Positions 13,097 to 25,335 of a DNA stretch of 64,000 nt are shown in pieces. Source of the stretch: Camelus dromedarius (taxonomy: Eukaryota); assembly GCF_036321535.1 (NCBI RefSeq), contig NC_087437.1, positions 12,960,001 through 13,024,000 of the forward strand, written 5' to 3'. The notes beneath the pieces were generated by a model. That model had not been told where the DNA came from. It saw only the letters and a list, made by a program, of their open reading frames with translations, and did not search any database. A program made the position numbers and the translations under genes. Numbering within the stretch: the stretch's first letter is position 1; each line of letters begins with the position of its first letter.

Positions 13097-13849
13097 GAGG
13101 CTCTACCTCTTGACGGGGAGAATGCCAAAGAATGTGGGGCTTTCATTTACGTGTGGCGTGTGATAATGCCCCCTCAGCTGAAGGTTGTTCTCACCAGCAT
13201 CATTTGGTTATAATAGAATAAATAGAAAGCGCCAGCATAAAATTAGTTTTAAGTTCTTCACTCTTGAAATAAAAAAATATTCAATTTGAAATACTTATCC
13301 ACATTATTTGTATACTGTTTATTGATTCTTGTAGGCTATTCAAAAGGCAAGGAAAAAAATCAAATATAGAATAGATGAGATCTAATTTTCTATCAGTTTA
13401 GGAAATTAATATGTGTCTTAAGGCCACCACAGCTGGTGAAGTGAAAGCATGTAATGTCTTTGAAGATTTATTTTCCCCATTTAGATCTTTATGTTATGTA
13501 CAAGCAAATGATTTTGGTGGCCTCAATTTTTTTTTTTTGTCTTTGGAGGAAATAAACTTCTATATACAGTTCATTCCTCTACTCAATTACAGATATTTAG
13601 ACAATTAAAGGAGGGATTTTCAAAGCTCAAAGCAAAACTAATTTTGACCTTGGGGAAAAACTGTTGAAATGAACTTGTGCTTTTTTTATCTTCCCATTTA
13701 AAACCCAAGCAACCAACATTTGGTGTACGTTTTTCCCTGCAGGCATAACCTGGATTCTGTAGCCGTACAAAATCCCAGTTCTTCCGGGTGGCGTGGTTCA
13801 CTGTCGGCGCTGTGATTCCCATGTGTGTACCTTGTTAGTAATAATAATA

Positions 13850-14100
13850 GTAATTTAATAATAACTAATATTTGTTGAGCACAAACTACGTGCCAAGGAC
13901 TGTGCTAAGTGCTTACCTTGCATTATCTCCGTTAATCCTCTCAGTAGCTCTAGGTACTAACATTAGCCTCACTTTCCACATGAGGAAATGGAGATGCTGA
14001 GATGTTACATCACTGGCCTCAGTTCACAGCACTAGTAGTTGGTGGTCTGGGAATTCATGTCTAAGTGTGTCTGATTCTGGAGACTGAGTTCTTAAATCAC
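13850..14100 (-). mobile_element. MIR (near full length)
   Basis: aactaatatttgttgagcacaaactacgtgccaagg...ttaatcctc...acatgaggaaatggag. Confidence 0.85.
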
Positions 14101-14170
14101 CCGATCATACAACCTCCAAGGACATTCAGTGACCCCCTCCCTTCCAAGATCAGTGGATATTACACATTTT

Positions 14171-14272
14171 ATTTATTATTATCATTTTTTTTTTAATGGA
14201 GGTCCTAGGGATTGAACCCAGGACCTCATGCATGCTAAGTGTGCACTCTACCACTGGGCTACACCCTCCCCT
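14171..14272 (-). mobile_element. Vic-1-like SINE
   Basis: tggaggtcctagggattgaacccaggacctcatgcatgctaagtgtgcactctaccactgggctacaccctcccc. Degenerate TSD tattacacatttt/tatcatgcatttt. Confidence 0.88.
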
Positions 14273-14899
14273 CTATCATGCATTTTGACTGTTGCTAATA
14301 CAGACTTGGGAAAAACTGGAGGCCTGTTCACTAGACCTACTCTTCTGTTGAAAAAGGCTTTATCATGAAGAATTGGAAAAAAACAAAAGTTAAAGTAGTG
14401 ATTTATTTGCTATTACAAAAATATGTTTAATTTATGAGAGGAATTTAAACCTATATACAAATAATTTTTTATTATGTATTTGTACACTGTAACTGAAATA
14501 TTACTTAGTAATTTTAGCACATTTACCTTGATAATATGTTAGTTAAATAACCCAGATTCATAGGCAGCATTTCACTAATAAAATCTCCCCCACCACAAAA
14601 GCAAAATTGTGAGGATTTTGTATGTACCTGCTTTAGCCATGAAGTTTGGCCAGTTCGTATTTGTGCCTTAATACAAAGCCCTTAAAGTGTCTTTACTGGA
14701 GATTGTGGCTGTTGCTAAATATGTTTTTTGTAAGGCGTGTGAGGCTAGTCAAATAAAAATGAGTTAAATCATAATGATGTAGCTTAACTAACTGAAATTC
14801 AGAAACAAAAAGCAAGAAAAGTAATAATTGAAAATCATGACCAAAGCAACACAAATATTTTAAGAAGAGGACTTTCTGGACATTGGAAGATTGATTAAG

Positions 14900-15525
14900 T
14901 AAAAAAAAAATACTCATTGAGGGCCTTGTATGTATCAGTTTTTCTAGAAAAAATTTTGGAATATAACTCGGAATAAAAAAAGATTCCTGCCTTTTTAGTG
15001 CTTACGTTTTAGGGGGAGATTCAGATAATAAAGAATAAATTACATAAGTAAATTTTATTGCCTAGTTAGCAGGTGACAGCTGCTGTGTAAGAAGAAAGAT
15101 GGAAAGCAAATAAAGAGGACCAAGGGCATTGGGTGGAGGGGAGCAGTTGCAATTTTGAATAAAGGGGAGGTAAGAGCAAGGAGTCTCTATTGAGGAGTAG
15201 ACTTTGAGCAGGTGAGTTAGCCGAGTGGATTTCTAATCTTGGGATAGAGTCAGCCAACAGGTTCTGAGGCAGGAGAGTGACTGGAGGAGGGAAGGCAAGG
15301 CGGCCCGTGTGGTTGGAGTCCGGTGAGCAAGCCCAGAGGTGAGGGCAGAAAGGTGGGTGAGGGAGACGGGAAGTTGCTGCAGGGGTTCGCGCAGAGCGCA
15401 GTGATGTAACGTACAGTTTACTAGGCTGCTGTGCAGAGGCCTGATTGTAGGAAGGCAGGAACGTGAGCAAAGGTTCCAATTAGGAGTCTAACGCGGTGAT
15501 GCTGGCGAGCGCTGATGGCGGCTCA
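14900..15525 (-). mobile_element. L2 3' remnant
   Basis: tactcattgagggccttgtatgtatcag...gattcctgccttttt...ggaggagggaaggcaaggcggcccgtgtggttggag is L2 antisense sequence. Confidence 0.7.
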
Positions 15526-16499
15526 TTTTTTTAAAAAACTGACCATCTTCCCCACTCTCTCATTCCACGACAGGTTCCCATTCCTATACTATACTATTCC
15601 TATTTTGGGGGAAAAAATAAGGAGAAGCAAAAACTAGAGAAAAGGTGAAAGGTAAAGTATATGAAGGAAAAAGTTGGAAGAAAATGCAGGAGACATTCAC
15701 TTCTATTTATTTGTAAGTGGAAAGAATAAAAAGAAATCAGATGTTTGGTTTGACTCCTCTATTGCCAAACAATAAAAAGAAACAGTGTGTCATGTTAGTG
15801 GTGTGGATTGAGGAGAAATATTTTTATCTTGATAAATTCAGGTGGAGGGAAACTTAGATGTTTGAAGCCAGACAATTTGCCTTTTGAGTGGAAACTATTC
15901 AAATGTGAGCCTCTGTGATTTCCAGCTTTTGCGTCCATATCTGTTTTTCCTCCAGTCTCCACGCAGAGACAGTGCCCAGACAAGGTCTGAAGTCATAAGC
16001 CCATACAGCGGCCAGGATTCACTCGACTTCCTGTCCTTGAAGGCAAGTAATTGGGAAGCTATTAGAGAGCAGAAAATTCATCTTTTCCACCTTTTGTGCT
16101 CCCGACTGTCATAATGGCTCATACACTTAATCATGCTCAATGGATGAATTAATATGAAAAAATAAATTACAGGCACGCTAGATAAGAGGTATTGGGCAGC
16201 ACCATTGATTACCAAGACTTGATTAAGCGAATTTAACTTGTTAGCATTTTTTTTATATGTGTAAAGTGAGTAAGAATATCTCTCACCACAGAAACCAGGT
16301 GAGCAGGAAATACAGCTTTCTAGATGTTTCTATACTTCAGTTGAATCTGGTTTTTGAAACCCTAGTCTGTCATTGGCACAAAAATAGCAATCTTAACAAA
16401 TTCTGAAAAACCTAGTGTATAAAATGCTCTTATGCCCCAAATCACACATCTTGGCCTTACTTTTAATTTCAGCCTTGGCTCCATGCACGATTCTGTCTG

Positions 16500-17378
16500 G
16501 ACTTTGACTTACTTCCACCTGTCAGCCTCTGTGGTCTATGTGCTCAGCCTTTGCTTTGTTGCCCAGGGCTTCCTCCAAACTCATGACTGTTGGCAGGCAC
16601 TCCCTTGGAAGTGCAGAAGAATGAACATCTCTGAGGGTGTCAGTTTGACTGGGCCACAGGGTACCCAGATGTCAAGCATTGTTCAGGGGGTTTTTGTGAG
16701 GGAGTTGTGGGATGAGATTAATATTTAAATTGATAGACTAATCAAAGCAGGTTGCCCTGAATAATGGGGGTGGGCTCTACCCAGTCACTTGAAGGTTTGA
16801 AAAGAACTAAAAGGCTGACTCTCCCCAAGTAAGAGAGAACTCTTCCTGACAGGTGGCCTGTAAACTGGTACATTGCCTTTTTCCTGCCTTTAGACTTGAA
16901 CTGAGCCAATGGCTCTTCCTCGACCATAAGCCCACTCTCCTAAGGCAGGAATCACACCATCAGCTCCCCTGGGTCTCCAGCTTTCTAGCTCTCTCTGCAG
17001 ATCTTGGGACTTATCAGCATCTATAGTCATGGGAGCCAGTTCTCTCTCTACACACACACACACATCCTATTGGTCCTGCTTTTTTAGGGAATACAGAGGG
17101 CATCCCTTGACCACTGGGAAACAGGAGCCAATGGATAAATGCTCAGCCTCTTTTCCTTAAGGTGGAAGAGTCTCCATGACTCTCACATGTCCCAGCAGAA
17201 TTGAGTTCCTATTGCCACACGCGTCCCTCTATAACACCCCGGACCCTGCCTTTGCCTCCGTCCCTGTGTCACTCCTCCAGTCCCTCACGCCTGCTCTCTG
17301 GAGTCACCTCCCAAACAAACACCTGCACTCAAATCCTTGTTCCAGGCTCTTACTTGGGGGAAACCTCACCTGGAGCTT
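16500..17378 (+). mobile_element. LTR16-like ERV-L solo LTR split by MLT2
   Basis: ggagtcacctcccaaacaaacacctgcactcaaatccttgttccaggctc terminus; ggagccaatggataaatgctc motif. Confidence 0.7.
16638..17095 (+). mobile_element. MLT2-type ERV-L solo LTR
   Basis: tgtcagtttgactgggccacagggtacccagat...catcctattggtcctg...aataca, with a perfect 5-bp TSD GAGGG (16633-16637 / 17096-17100). Confidence 0.88.
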
Positions 17379-17864
17379 ATTCCTCTGCTCTTTTGTATTT
17401 AACGTCAGTCAATTTGGACATTCTCCCTCCCTGAAGAAGAAACATCTAAGATTTCAGGGAATTGACAGCGTGCCACAGCCCTAGAGGGAGGAATTTGGAA
17501 CTTTCTTGGTAACTTACGTTTTGCTGCATCTGCTGCAGTGGTCTCAGCTGCTTTCTCCGCCATCACTGTCCTTCCACCCCGACCTCTGCGGGGCTGTTCC
17601 TTCTCCCACCAGCTTGTCTACCTGTTTATGAACTCTGCTTCTTTCTTGTGAGGACTTTGAACCTTTTCTTAGCCATTTCGCTAGGCTTCTTGCATTCTTA
17701 TGTTTCCTGAAATTACCCTCCCCGACATCATTTTTATCCTACTTGTGTTACTGTTCCAGGCTAGTGAGGTGTAGGGACCTCACCGACCCTGCTTGCTTTC
17801 AAGTGTCCTGCCACGGACTTGAACACAGGTCCTTTGGGTCTTTCAATTTCAAGACTTATATGGA

Positions 17865-18021
17865 GGCTTTTAATATTTTCTCCTCATCTTTAATTTTTGT
17901 CGGTTGGTTGCTATGTGCCTTGGTGTGTTTCTCTTTGGGTTAATCCTGTTTTGGGCTCTCTGTGCTTCCTGGACTTGGGTGATTGTTTTCTTTTCTAAAT
18001 TAGGGAAGTTTTCAGTTATTA
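17865..18021 (-). mobile_element. L1 ORF1 fragment (inverted)
   Basis: Minus-strand [34 protein letters not shown] matches the L1 ORF1p RRM region. Confidence 0.9.
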
Positions 18022-18515
18022 TCAAAACAGTATGGAACTGGCACAAAAACAGACACATAGATCAATGGAACAGGATAGAAAGTCCAGAAATCAACCCATG
18101 CACTTATGGTCATGGACAAAGTAGGCAAGAACATACAATGGAGAAAAGACAGTCTCTTCAAAAAGTGGTGCTGGGAAAACTGGACAGCTACATGTCAAAG
18201 AATGAAATTAGAACATTCTCTAATACCACATACAAAAATAAACTCGAAATGGATTAAAGACCTAAATGCAAGACCAGGTACTATAAAACTCCTAGAGGAA
18301 AACATAGGCAGAGCACTCACATAAATCGCAGCAGTATTTTTTCGGATTGGGACTCCTAGAGCAAAGGAAATAACAGCAAAGGTAAACAAACGGGAACTAA
18401 TTAAACTTAAGCGTTGAAAAAGACACAGCAAAGGAAACCATCAACAAAACAAAAAGACAGCCTACTGATTGGGAGAAAATATTTGCAAATGATATGACCG
18501 ATAAGGGATTAATAT
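18021..18515 (+). mobile_element. L1 ORF2 internal fragment
   Basis: [26 protein letters not shown] and [17 protein letters not shown]...[11 protein letters not shown]...[10 protein letters not shown]. Confidence 0.93.
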
Positions 18516-19156
18516 TGCCATTCTTGACTTTCGTGGGGAATCACCTCCTAAGTAAACAACCTATACCCAGTCACTGTCTCAGGGTGAGGAGAGATTCTTT
18601 TTGCATGTATTGAAGCCTTCCCGTAATAGGTAGACTATTGTTTTTGAGCTTAAAAGCCAAGGATTTTCCCTTTTTCTTTTCTGTTCTTCTCTGAGATCTC
18701 AGATGGACCCAAATGGTCAGAACTACAGGTTAAAGGAAGTAAGGAGGACCAAGGCCAAATGTTCCCCATGCCACATGTATCTGTCAACTAGGACAACTTT
18801 CTCAGATATAAAAATGTTTTTCTTGGTTGAAAGTGTTTGTGTGGTCCTCCCCTACCTGGAACTGCCCCTCCTGGCATAGCAACCAAGCCCTCAGGAGGAC
18901 TCTCATCCGTCTGGTCTGTCATCCCTTGCCTGAGAAGGTATCCTCTCTGGTTACATCTGCATATGCAAATAGGCCAACAGCATGTGTCCCTGGACCGCTG
19001 CTGAGTACAGCTGTGGGCACTCCCACAGCCCTTGAGCTGCTGTCAGCAGGCGCCAAACATAACCATTCAGGGAAGATTGATTTTATTGTCTGCTGGGTTT
19101 ATGACAGGAATGTGCTTCACCAAACCTGCTTTTGATTAAGTCCAGAAGTGCTAAGG

Positions 19157-19160
<4 letters not shown>

Positions 19161-19225
<65 letters not shown>
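19161..19225. repeat. (TG)32 microsatellite
   Basis: Uninterrupted TG run read directly from the sequence. Confidence 0.98.
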
Positions 19226-19226
<1 letters not shown>

Positions 19227-19460
19227 TTTCTGCTAAACAATCAGCATTGTGGTGGAGGAATCAGCACACTCTGTGAACAGTCTGCACCTTGGAGACGTTA
19301 GCATGTGTCAAGGTCACTTAACGACTATTTCAAATAACTGGTTTGGTGGGAGAAAAGAGTGTAAATTACAATAAAAGGGAAGCCTGGAGATATAGGTCAT
19401 TCCTTTAAAAAATGTCTATTTTTATCACGTAGAGAAAATGAGTAGAGAAGCTTTGGGGAA

Positions 19461-19950
19461 TGTTTTTGGTTGGTTCTCTCTCTCAGGAGCAGACCTGAGA
19501 CAAGGACATGAATGCACATGGCTTATTTAGGAAGCACAGACAGGGTCTGGGGGAAGTTAGGTAGCAAAGGGAAGAAATCCAATAAATGGTGTGGCATTGG
19601 GCAGGTGTTAATTTTGGGCAACTAGGGAATTGTGGGAGATAGTGCAGAACATGCTTTGAAGTTATCTTCCCACCATACTCAATCCTGAGAGGTGAGGAAG
19701 CTGGAATATTTATTCTCCAATCCTTCTCAGTCATTGGCTGAGGGCTGCTTGCTGGGGCTTTGTAGGGGCCACCACCAGATGCCACCCAGATCCCCTATCA
19801 AGGAGGACTTGTTGCCCAGTTTCTGGGTGTGCTGTCAGAGGGCACCTTCCCACTGTCAGCCCATTTAGTAATTGCCTCAGAAGCAGAAAGCCACTTTCCC
19901 AAGGTTGCGCCCTTCCATGGTGGCCCACATCCAATGACCAGAATGCTCCA
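19461..19950. mobile_element. LTR16/LTR33-like ERV-L LTR fragments (minus part then plus part)
   Basis: ggagcagacctgagacaaggacatgaatgcacatggcttatttaggaag is a reversed LTR16/33 terminus; tgtaggggcc...cccagatcccct resembles an LTR start. Confidence 0.55.
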
Positions 19951-20029
19951 TAGTCTGCTTTTGCCTTCCCCATTTATTTCCTAACAGATACTGTTTACAG
20001 GAGTCAAACAAGTCATTTCTACATTGGCA

Positions 20030-20205
20030 CATTATTTCCTTGAGTCTGAGATGCCATCAAGTGTCAAAAGGACTGCCATTTTAATTTATTACCTAAGGTA
20101 GAAAAAATGATGCCAATGATGCTAAAACACACCATCGATTAAAAGGGCTCCAATTTCAGAGATGTTAAAATGTGAAAATATCTGTCTTAGAATCAATGCA
20201 GTAAG
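20030..20205. mobile_element. Old Tc1/mariner-family MITE (Kanga/Tc2-like)
   Basis: Degenerate inverted ends tatttccttgagtctgagatg / tgtcttagaatcaatgcagta and the motif tttcagagatgttaaaatgtgaaaa. Confidence 0.45.
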
Positions 20206-20811
20206 ATATATTTAAAAGCTCTTATTTGGCTCAAACTCCACCTACTACATGAAGCTCTCCTTGATAATCTGGACATGTTTTCTTAATTCCTGCAGAACTT
20301 ATTATTGGCTCTTTACTCATTTCCTAACTTTTCTAATTTGCTCCCTTCTTCCTCCATTTCATGGATGATGATTGGGTGCCTCCCGTGAGTCTGGCGCTGG
20401 GCATGCAGTGATGAAGCCTATCTCGTCCCTGTCCGCCTGGTCTTCCTGTAAGAAAGAAAGGAAATACGTGAGTACAACCTACACGAAGCTATGATAGGAC
20501 AATGTTGAAGGTAGAGAATAAAGGCAGAGTGGAGGAGAGAAATCTATTTACTTAGAATTTCTTCCACCTGACCTCACCCTCCTTCCACATATCCATCTTT
20601 TTTCCTGAAACCCAGTTCAAAAAAGTCATCTTCCCCCAAATACTTATTTCTTTCACATACTATTCTACTTTACAGCTTCAACTTGTTTATATAAAAACCC
20701 TAAATGAATGTACAAGAAAATGATAGTAGTTGTGTTTTAGGATGCTTGCACAATGGAGTAATATTTTCCCTCTGATTTCTAAACTTCCTCTGATTTTATT
20801 TTACTTTTTTA

Positions 20812-21503
20812 AATTTGCAGGTGGACATGTAAATTGGTGCAGCCACTGTGGAAAACAGTATGGAGGTTTCTCAAAAAACTAAAAAGTAGAACTACCATAT
20901 GATCCTGCAACTCCACTCCTGGGTATATATCTGAAAAAAACAAAAACACTAATTTGAAAAGATACATGCATCCCAATGCTCATAGCAGCATTATTTATAA
21001 TAGCTAATATATGGAAGCAACCTAAGGGTCCATCAACAGATGAATGGATAAAGAAGATGTGGTGTATATATATATAATACAATGGAATAATACTCAGCCA
21101 TAAAAAGAATAAAATAATGCCATTTGTAGCAACATGGATGGACCTGGAGATGACCATTTTAAGTGAAACAAGAAAGAGAAAAAAAGTGCCACATGGTAAC
21201 GCTTATATGTGGAATCTAAAGAAAAAAACAAAAGGACACAAATGAACTAGTTACAAAACAAAAAGAGACTCACAGACATAGAGAACCAACTGATGGTTGC
21301 CAGGGGGGAAAGGTGATGGGAAGGGATAAACTGGGAATTCAAAATTTGCACCTTTTGGGGAGTGATGGAAATGTTAGCTATCTTGATTGTGACGGTGGTT
21401 TCATGAGTGTGTACATCTATCAAAACTCATCAAATTGTACATCTGAAATATGTGTAGTTTATTATACAGGAACCAAACCACAATAAAGGTGTTTAAAAAA
21501 AAG
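20812..21503 (+). mobile_element. L1 3' region: younger ORF2 end/3'UTR joined to an older L1M-type tail
   Basis: ggtgcagccactgtggaaaacagtatggagg...ccatatgatcctgcaactccactcctggg. After 21350 the sequence is ggagtgatggaaatgtt...atcaaaactcatcaaattgtac...caataaag. Confidence 0.85.
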
Positions 21504-21559
21504 AAAGCACTTCCTTTTCTAGCCTTGAATCTGTGCCCTCCATTTTGAGTGTGCCGGGG

Positions 21560-22070
21560 TAGCATGTGTTGACAGCATGGCTCCTTGAGGTCAGTCTCCC
21601 TGGGTTCGAATCCCAGTATTGTCATTTATTGGCTGTGTGGCTTTTGGCAAATGTCTGGGCCTCAGTTTCTCCATCCCTAACATGGAGATGCTAGTACCTA
21701 TATTATGGCATGGCTGTGGGGATTAAATCAATTAAAACAAGTAGTGTTTAGAACAACGTTGGGCATGTAGAGAGCACTCTAAGGATTGTTACCTGGATTA
21801 TACTTGCTTTTATTCATGTTTTATGTTCCCTTTTAGACACTAAGCTAGGTGTGGTTAAGAACAAGGGATTTGGGGTCAGAATAGAAGGATATCAAATTCC
21901 GGTTGAACAGCTTTTTCAGATGCACGAACTTGGATATATTGCTTGACCTTCCTGAACCTCACTTTCTCTATCATTTAAATAATGATAGCAATACCTACAT
22001 TACGGGGTTGTTGAAAGAATCAACTAAGACACATACTCAAAGTGCCTACAGAGAGAGCTCCCAATGGAGA
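21560..22070 (+). mobile_element. Two MIR copies (~21560-21800 and ~21850-22070)
   Basis: tgggttcgaatcccag...ctgggcctcagtttctccatc...ggattaaat; gtggttaagaacaaggg...ctgaacctcactttctctatc. Confidence 0.75.
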
Positions 22071-23304
22071 CAGCTATCCTTACCTTGATTCAGGACAGGA
22101 GTCATTATTAGCGGTCTCTGTGTCCATCTATCCCTCAGCAGAGCTCATCGTTCATGGTGTCAATGATGTCAGTTCAGTGAATTTGATAACTCACCGTATG
22201 AAAGTATGAGTGAGTGAGCCAGCGGCAGGGTCTGCTGCAGACCTGGTCGTGGGGAGTGGGATACTGTTCATGTTCCCACTTCTACTTCCCTGTTTTCTGG
22301 GGACAAATGACAAAGTGTGTGAGGTTCCTTTGGAGAGGGAATCTTGTCCTGCCCCGTTTCCTTCCAGGTACCCTAGGATAGCACACCTTCCAGTGTGCTG
22401 ATCCCCAGATCATGCTGTCATCTGTTACTCTTCTGTTCTTGAAATGAATGAGGCTTTGGTTAGGGACATGGGGAACTGGCGTTGCTTTCTTATAGAATGC
22501 AATTTGATGCTTCCACTGGAGAAAGCAGTTATCAAGGCCCAGCAAACTGTCTGGTTCCAGCTTTGGTTTTTCCAGCTGGAACTTCATGGAATTCCACGGA
22601 ATACCATATTTCATGATTAGAAGCCTTGGAAGTTCTTACTCTCAATAAAGCAGGTGTCTGCAGCCCTGACAATGCCCAAAACTTGTATCAGCAAATACAA
22701 CATTTAATTCACAGGACCCTTCAGCTCTTCTGTGTCACTTTTTTCACGGCACTTTGTAACTCCCCATTAATACTGACATCTGGCTCTCTGTCTTTTATTC
22801 GGTGCTAATTTATTTTGGGCAATTTTCAAGGCTAATCAACCAAAAGCCGTATTCGTATGGCTCTGGGAAAACATTTCTCTCCTCATCTCGCCCACAGTAT
22901 ATCGTTTAGAATAAAATGCTTCATTAAACTAGATATCAGTGATAGACTCATGTCACAAGTTATTCCATCTTGCAACACTCAAATCAATCTGAAGCTAAAA
23001 TAAAAATGGATCAGTTTTGGCAGAAAGTAAAATTCACATGTATGGAGTACTGGTCTTTATATGATTTTTTTCCCCCTCTGGTCATTCTCTTTGATAACAA
23101 AAAGTCTGATGATTTAGAGCGCCAATGAAAAGCAGAAAGAGGAAATATTACACTAAATACTTGACTGCTTCTGCCCCCTCCCCATTCTCCACTCCTTATG
23201 ATTTAATTAACCCCAGGTCATCTTCCGTATCTCCTAGATGTCTCTCCACCCTCGCGGGCTCCACTTTGGTTCAGGCTACTATTTTTCTCATTTTTTCACG
23301 TAAT

Positions 23305-24365
23305 TAATGCAGACCTTGTAAAATAAGTTTGGAAGTGTTCCTTCCTCTTAATTTTTTGGGGGGAAGAGTTTAAGAAGGATTGGGATTAATTTTTCTTTAC
23401 ATGTTTGGTAGAATTCACCAGGGAAGACTTTTGGTCCTGGGCTTCTCTTTGTTGGGAGATTTTTTGATTACTAATTCTATCTCCTTACTCATTGTTAGTT
23501 TTTTCAGATTTTCTGTTTAGTCATGATCCAGTCTTGGTAGGTTACCCATTTCTTCTAGGTTATCCAATTTGTTGGTATGTAATTGTTCATTGTTGAATTA
23601 TTGTCTGCTTCTCCCTTCAGATCTATTAATAATTGCTCAAACTATTTGGGTGCTCATATTTTGAGTGCATATAAATTTATGATTGTTATATTTTCTTGAT
23701 GAATTGACCCCTTTATCATCATATAATGTCCTTTTTTTTAATCTCTTTTTACAGTTTTTGAGTTAAAGTCTATTTTGTCTGTAATAAGTATGGCTACTCC
23801 TGCTCTCTTTCAGTTTCCACTTGCATGGAATATCTTTTTTCTATGCCTTCACTATGAGACTATTGGTGCCCATGCAGCAGCGTGAGTCTCTTGTAGACAG
23901 GGTATAGATATTTTTTTTAAATCCATTCAGTCACTCTTTGCCTTTTGATTAGAAAATTTAATCAGCTTATATTTAAAGTAATTATTGATAGGGAAGGACT
24001 TACTAATGCCATCTCATTAGTTATTTTCTGGCTGTCTTGTAATTCTCATGTTCCCTCCTTTCTCTCTTTCTGTCTTCCTTTGTGAATTGGTGATTTTCCA
24101 CAGTGGTATTCTTTGATTTCCTTCCTTATGTATTTACTTTAGGATTTTGCTTTGTAGTTACCATGAAACTTACATAAAACATCATATAGGTATAACTGTA
24201 TATTTTATCCTGATAACAACTTAACTTTGATTGCGTACAATAACTCTACTCCTTTACCTCCTCTCTTATGTTTTTGATATTATAATTTACATCTTTTTAT
24301 ATTCTGTATTCATTAATAAATTACTATAGCTATAGTTTTTTTAAATACTTTTGTTCTTTAACCTT
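23305..24365 (-). mobile_element. Old L1 ORF2 fragments (endonuclease and RT-proximal parts, internally deleted)
   Basis: tttggtagaattcaccaggg...ggtcctgggcttctctttgttgggag; gatgaattgacccctttatcatcatataatgtcc; ctactcctgctctctttcagtttccacttgcatggaatatc. Confidence 0.85.
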
Positions 24366-24409
24366 TATTAAGGAAAATTCTTAAAATTCATGATTTTATC
24401 AAAAATTTG

Positions 24410-24950
24410 TCATATGCTTGACTATTCCACTCCTAGGAATCTACCCAAAAGAAATGAGAATGTGTTTATACACAGACTTGTACATGAATATTGAGAGCAG
24501 TATCATTCATAAAAACCCAATTCTGAAAGACCCCAAAGTCTACCAGACGGTGAATAGATAAATGAAATGTGGTATTTCCAAAGAATGGAGTACTATTCAC
24601 CAATATAAAACGAACAGACTAGTGATACATGCTACAACATAAATAAACCTTGAAACATTTTGTGAAGGAAAGAATCCAGACACAAAATATCACATATTAT
24701 ATAATTTTATTTACATGAAATGTCCAGAAAAGGCAAATCTATAGAGACAGATAGGAGTCCCCTGGGCTGGAGGTGGGATTGGAGAGTAACTGCAGAGGAT
24801 AACTGCATGAGGAATCTTTTGGGGGTGGGAATGCTCTAAAATTAGATTACAGTGACAGTTGCACAATTCTGTAAATTTTCTAAAACTCATTGATTTGTAC
24901 AGCAAAAAGAGTGACTTTTATGATATATATTATATCTCAGAAAATCTGTC
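24410..24950 (+). mobile_element. Old L1M 3' end
   Basis: ttccactcctaggaatctacccaaaagaaatgag...atgtccagaaaaggcaaatctatagagacag. Confidence 0.85.
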
Positions 24951-25079
24951 AACAGTAATAATAAGAAAAGAAGAATAGTTAAAATTTTTTCCGGTTTTTT
25001 AGTAGAAAAATGTAAGGAAATACACCATTAATAACATTATGCAAAAACAAAACAAAATGAAATATCTTACCAAGAGAAA

Positions 25080-25335
25080 ATTCTTTTGTCTTTTTGACCT
25101 TCCACCTCCTTCCTGCCTGGAATGTAGGCTTGATGCCTGGAGGTGTTGCAACCATCTTTCATTCATGGGGATAAAAGTCACATTTTAAGGAAAGTATAGC
25201 CGGAAGATAGAAAGAGACTGGATGCTTGATGACATCTTTGGGTTACCATACCAGTCCAGAATTGTCTCTGTGTATTGAGAATAAGAAACTTCTATTTATG
25301 TTGATGTTAGTTGGATTTCTACCATTTGCAGAAGG
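25080..25335 (+). mobile_element. MLT1 (J/K-like) LTR fragment
   Basis: cttcctgcctggaatgtaggcttgatgcctggaggtgttgcaaccatctt...gaagatagaaagagactgg. Confidence 0.65.

Larger units (their letters stand above)
12140..13145 (-). mobile_element. MaLR solo LTR (MLT1-type) hosting two later insertions
   Basis: MLT1 motifs ctggagcttcctcac...ggtggtctcagggg...ggacctcttatgtg and ttcaaagggaggggacagaggctccacctctt|gacggggagaatgccaaagaat join across the inserts. Confidence 0.7.

Noticed and set aside
15066..15479. 137-aa ORF
   Set aside because: It falls within a decayed L2; low-complexity Leu/Pro/Ser product with no domain.
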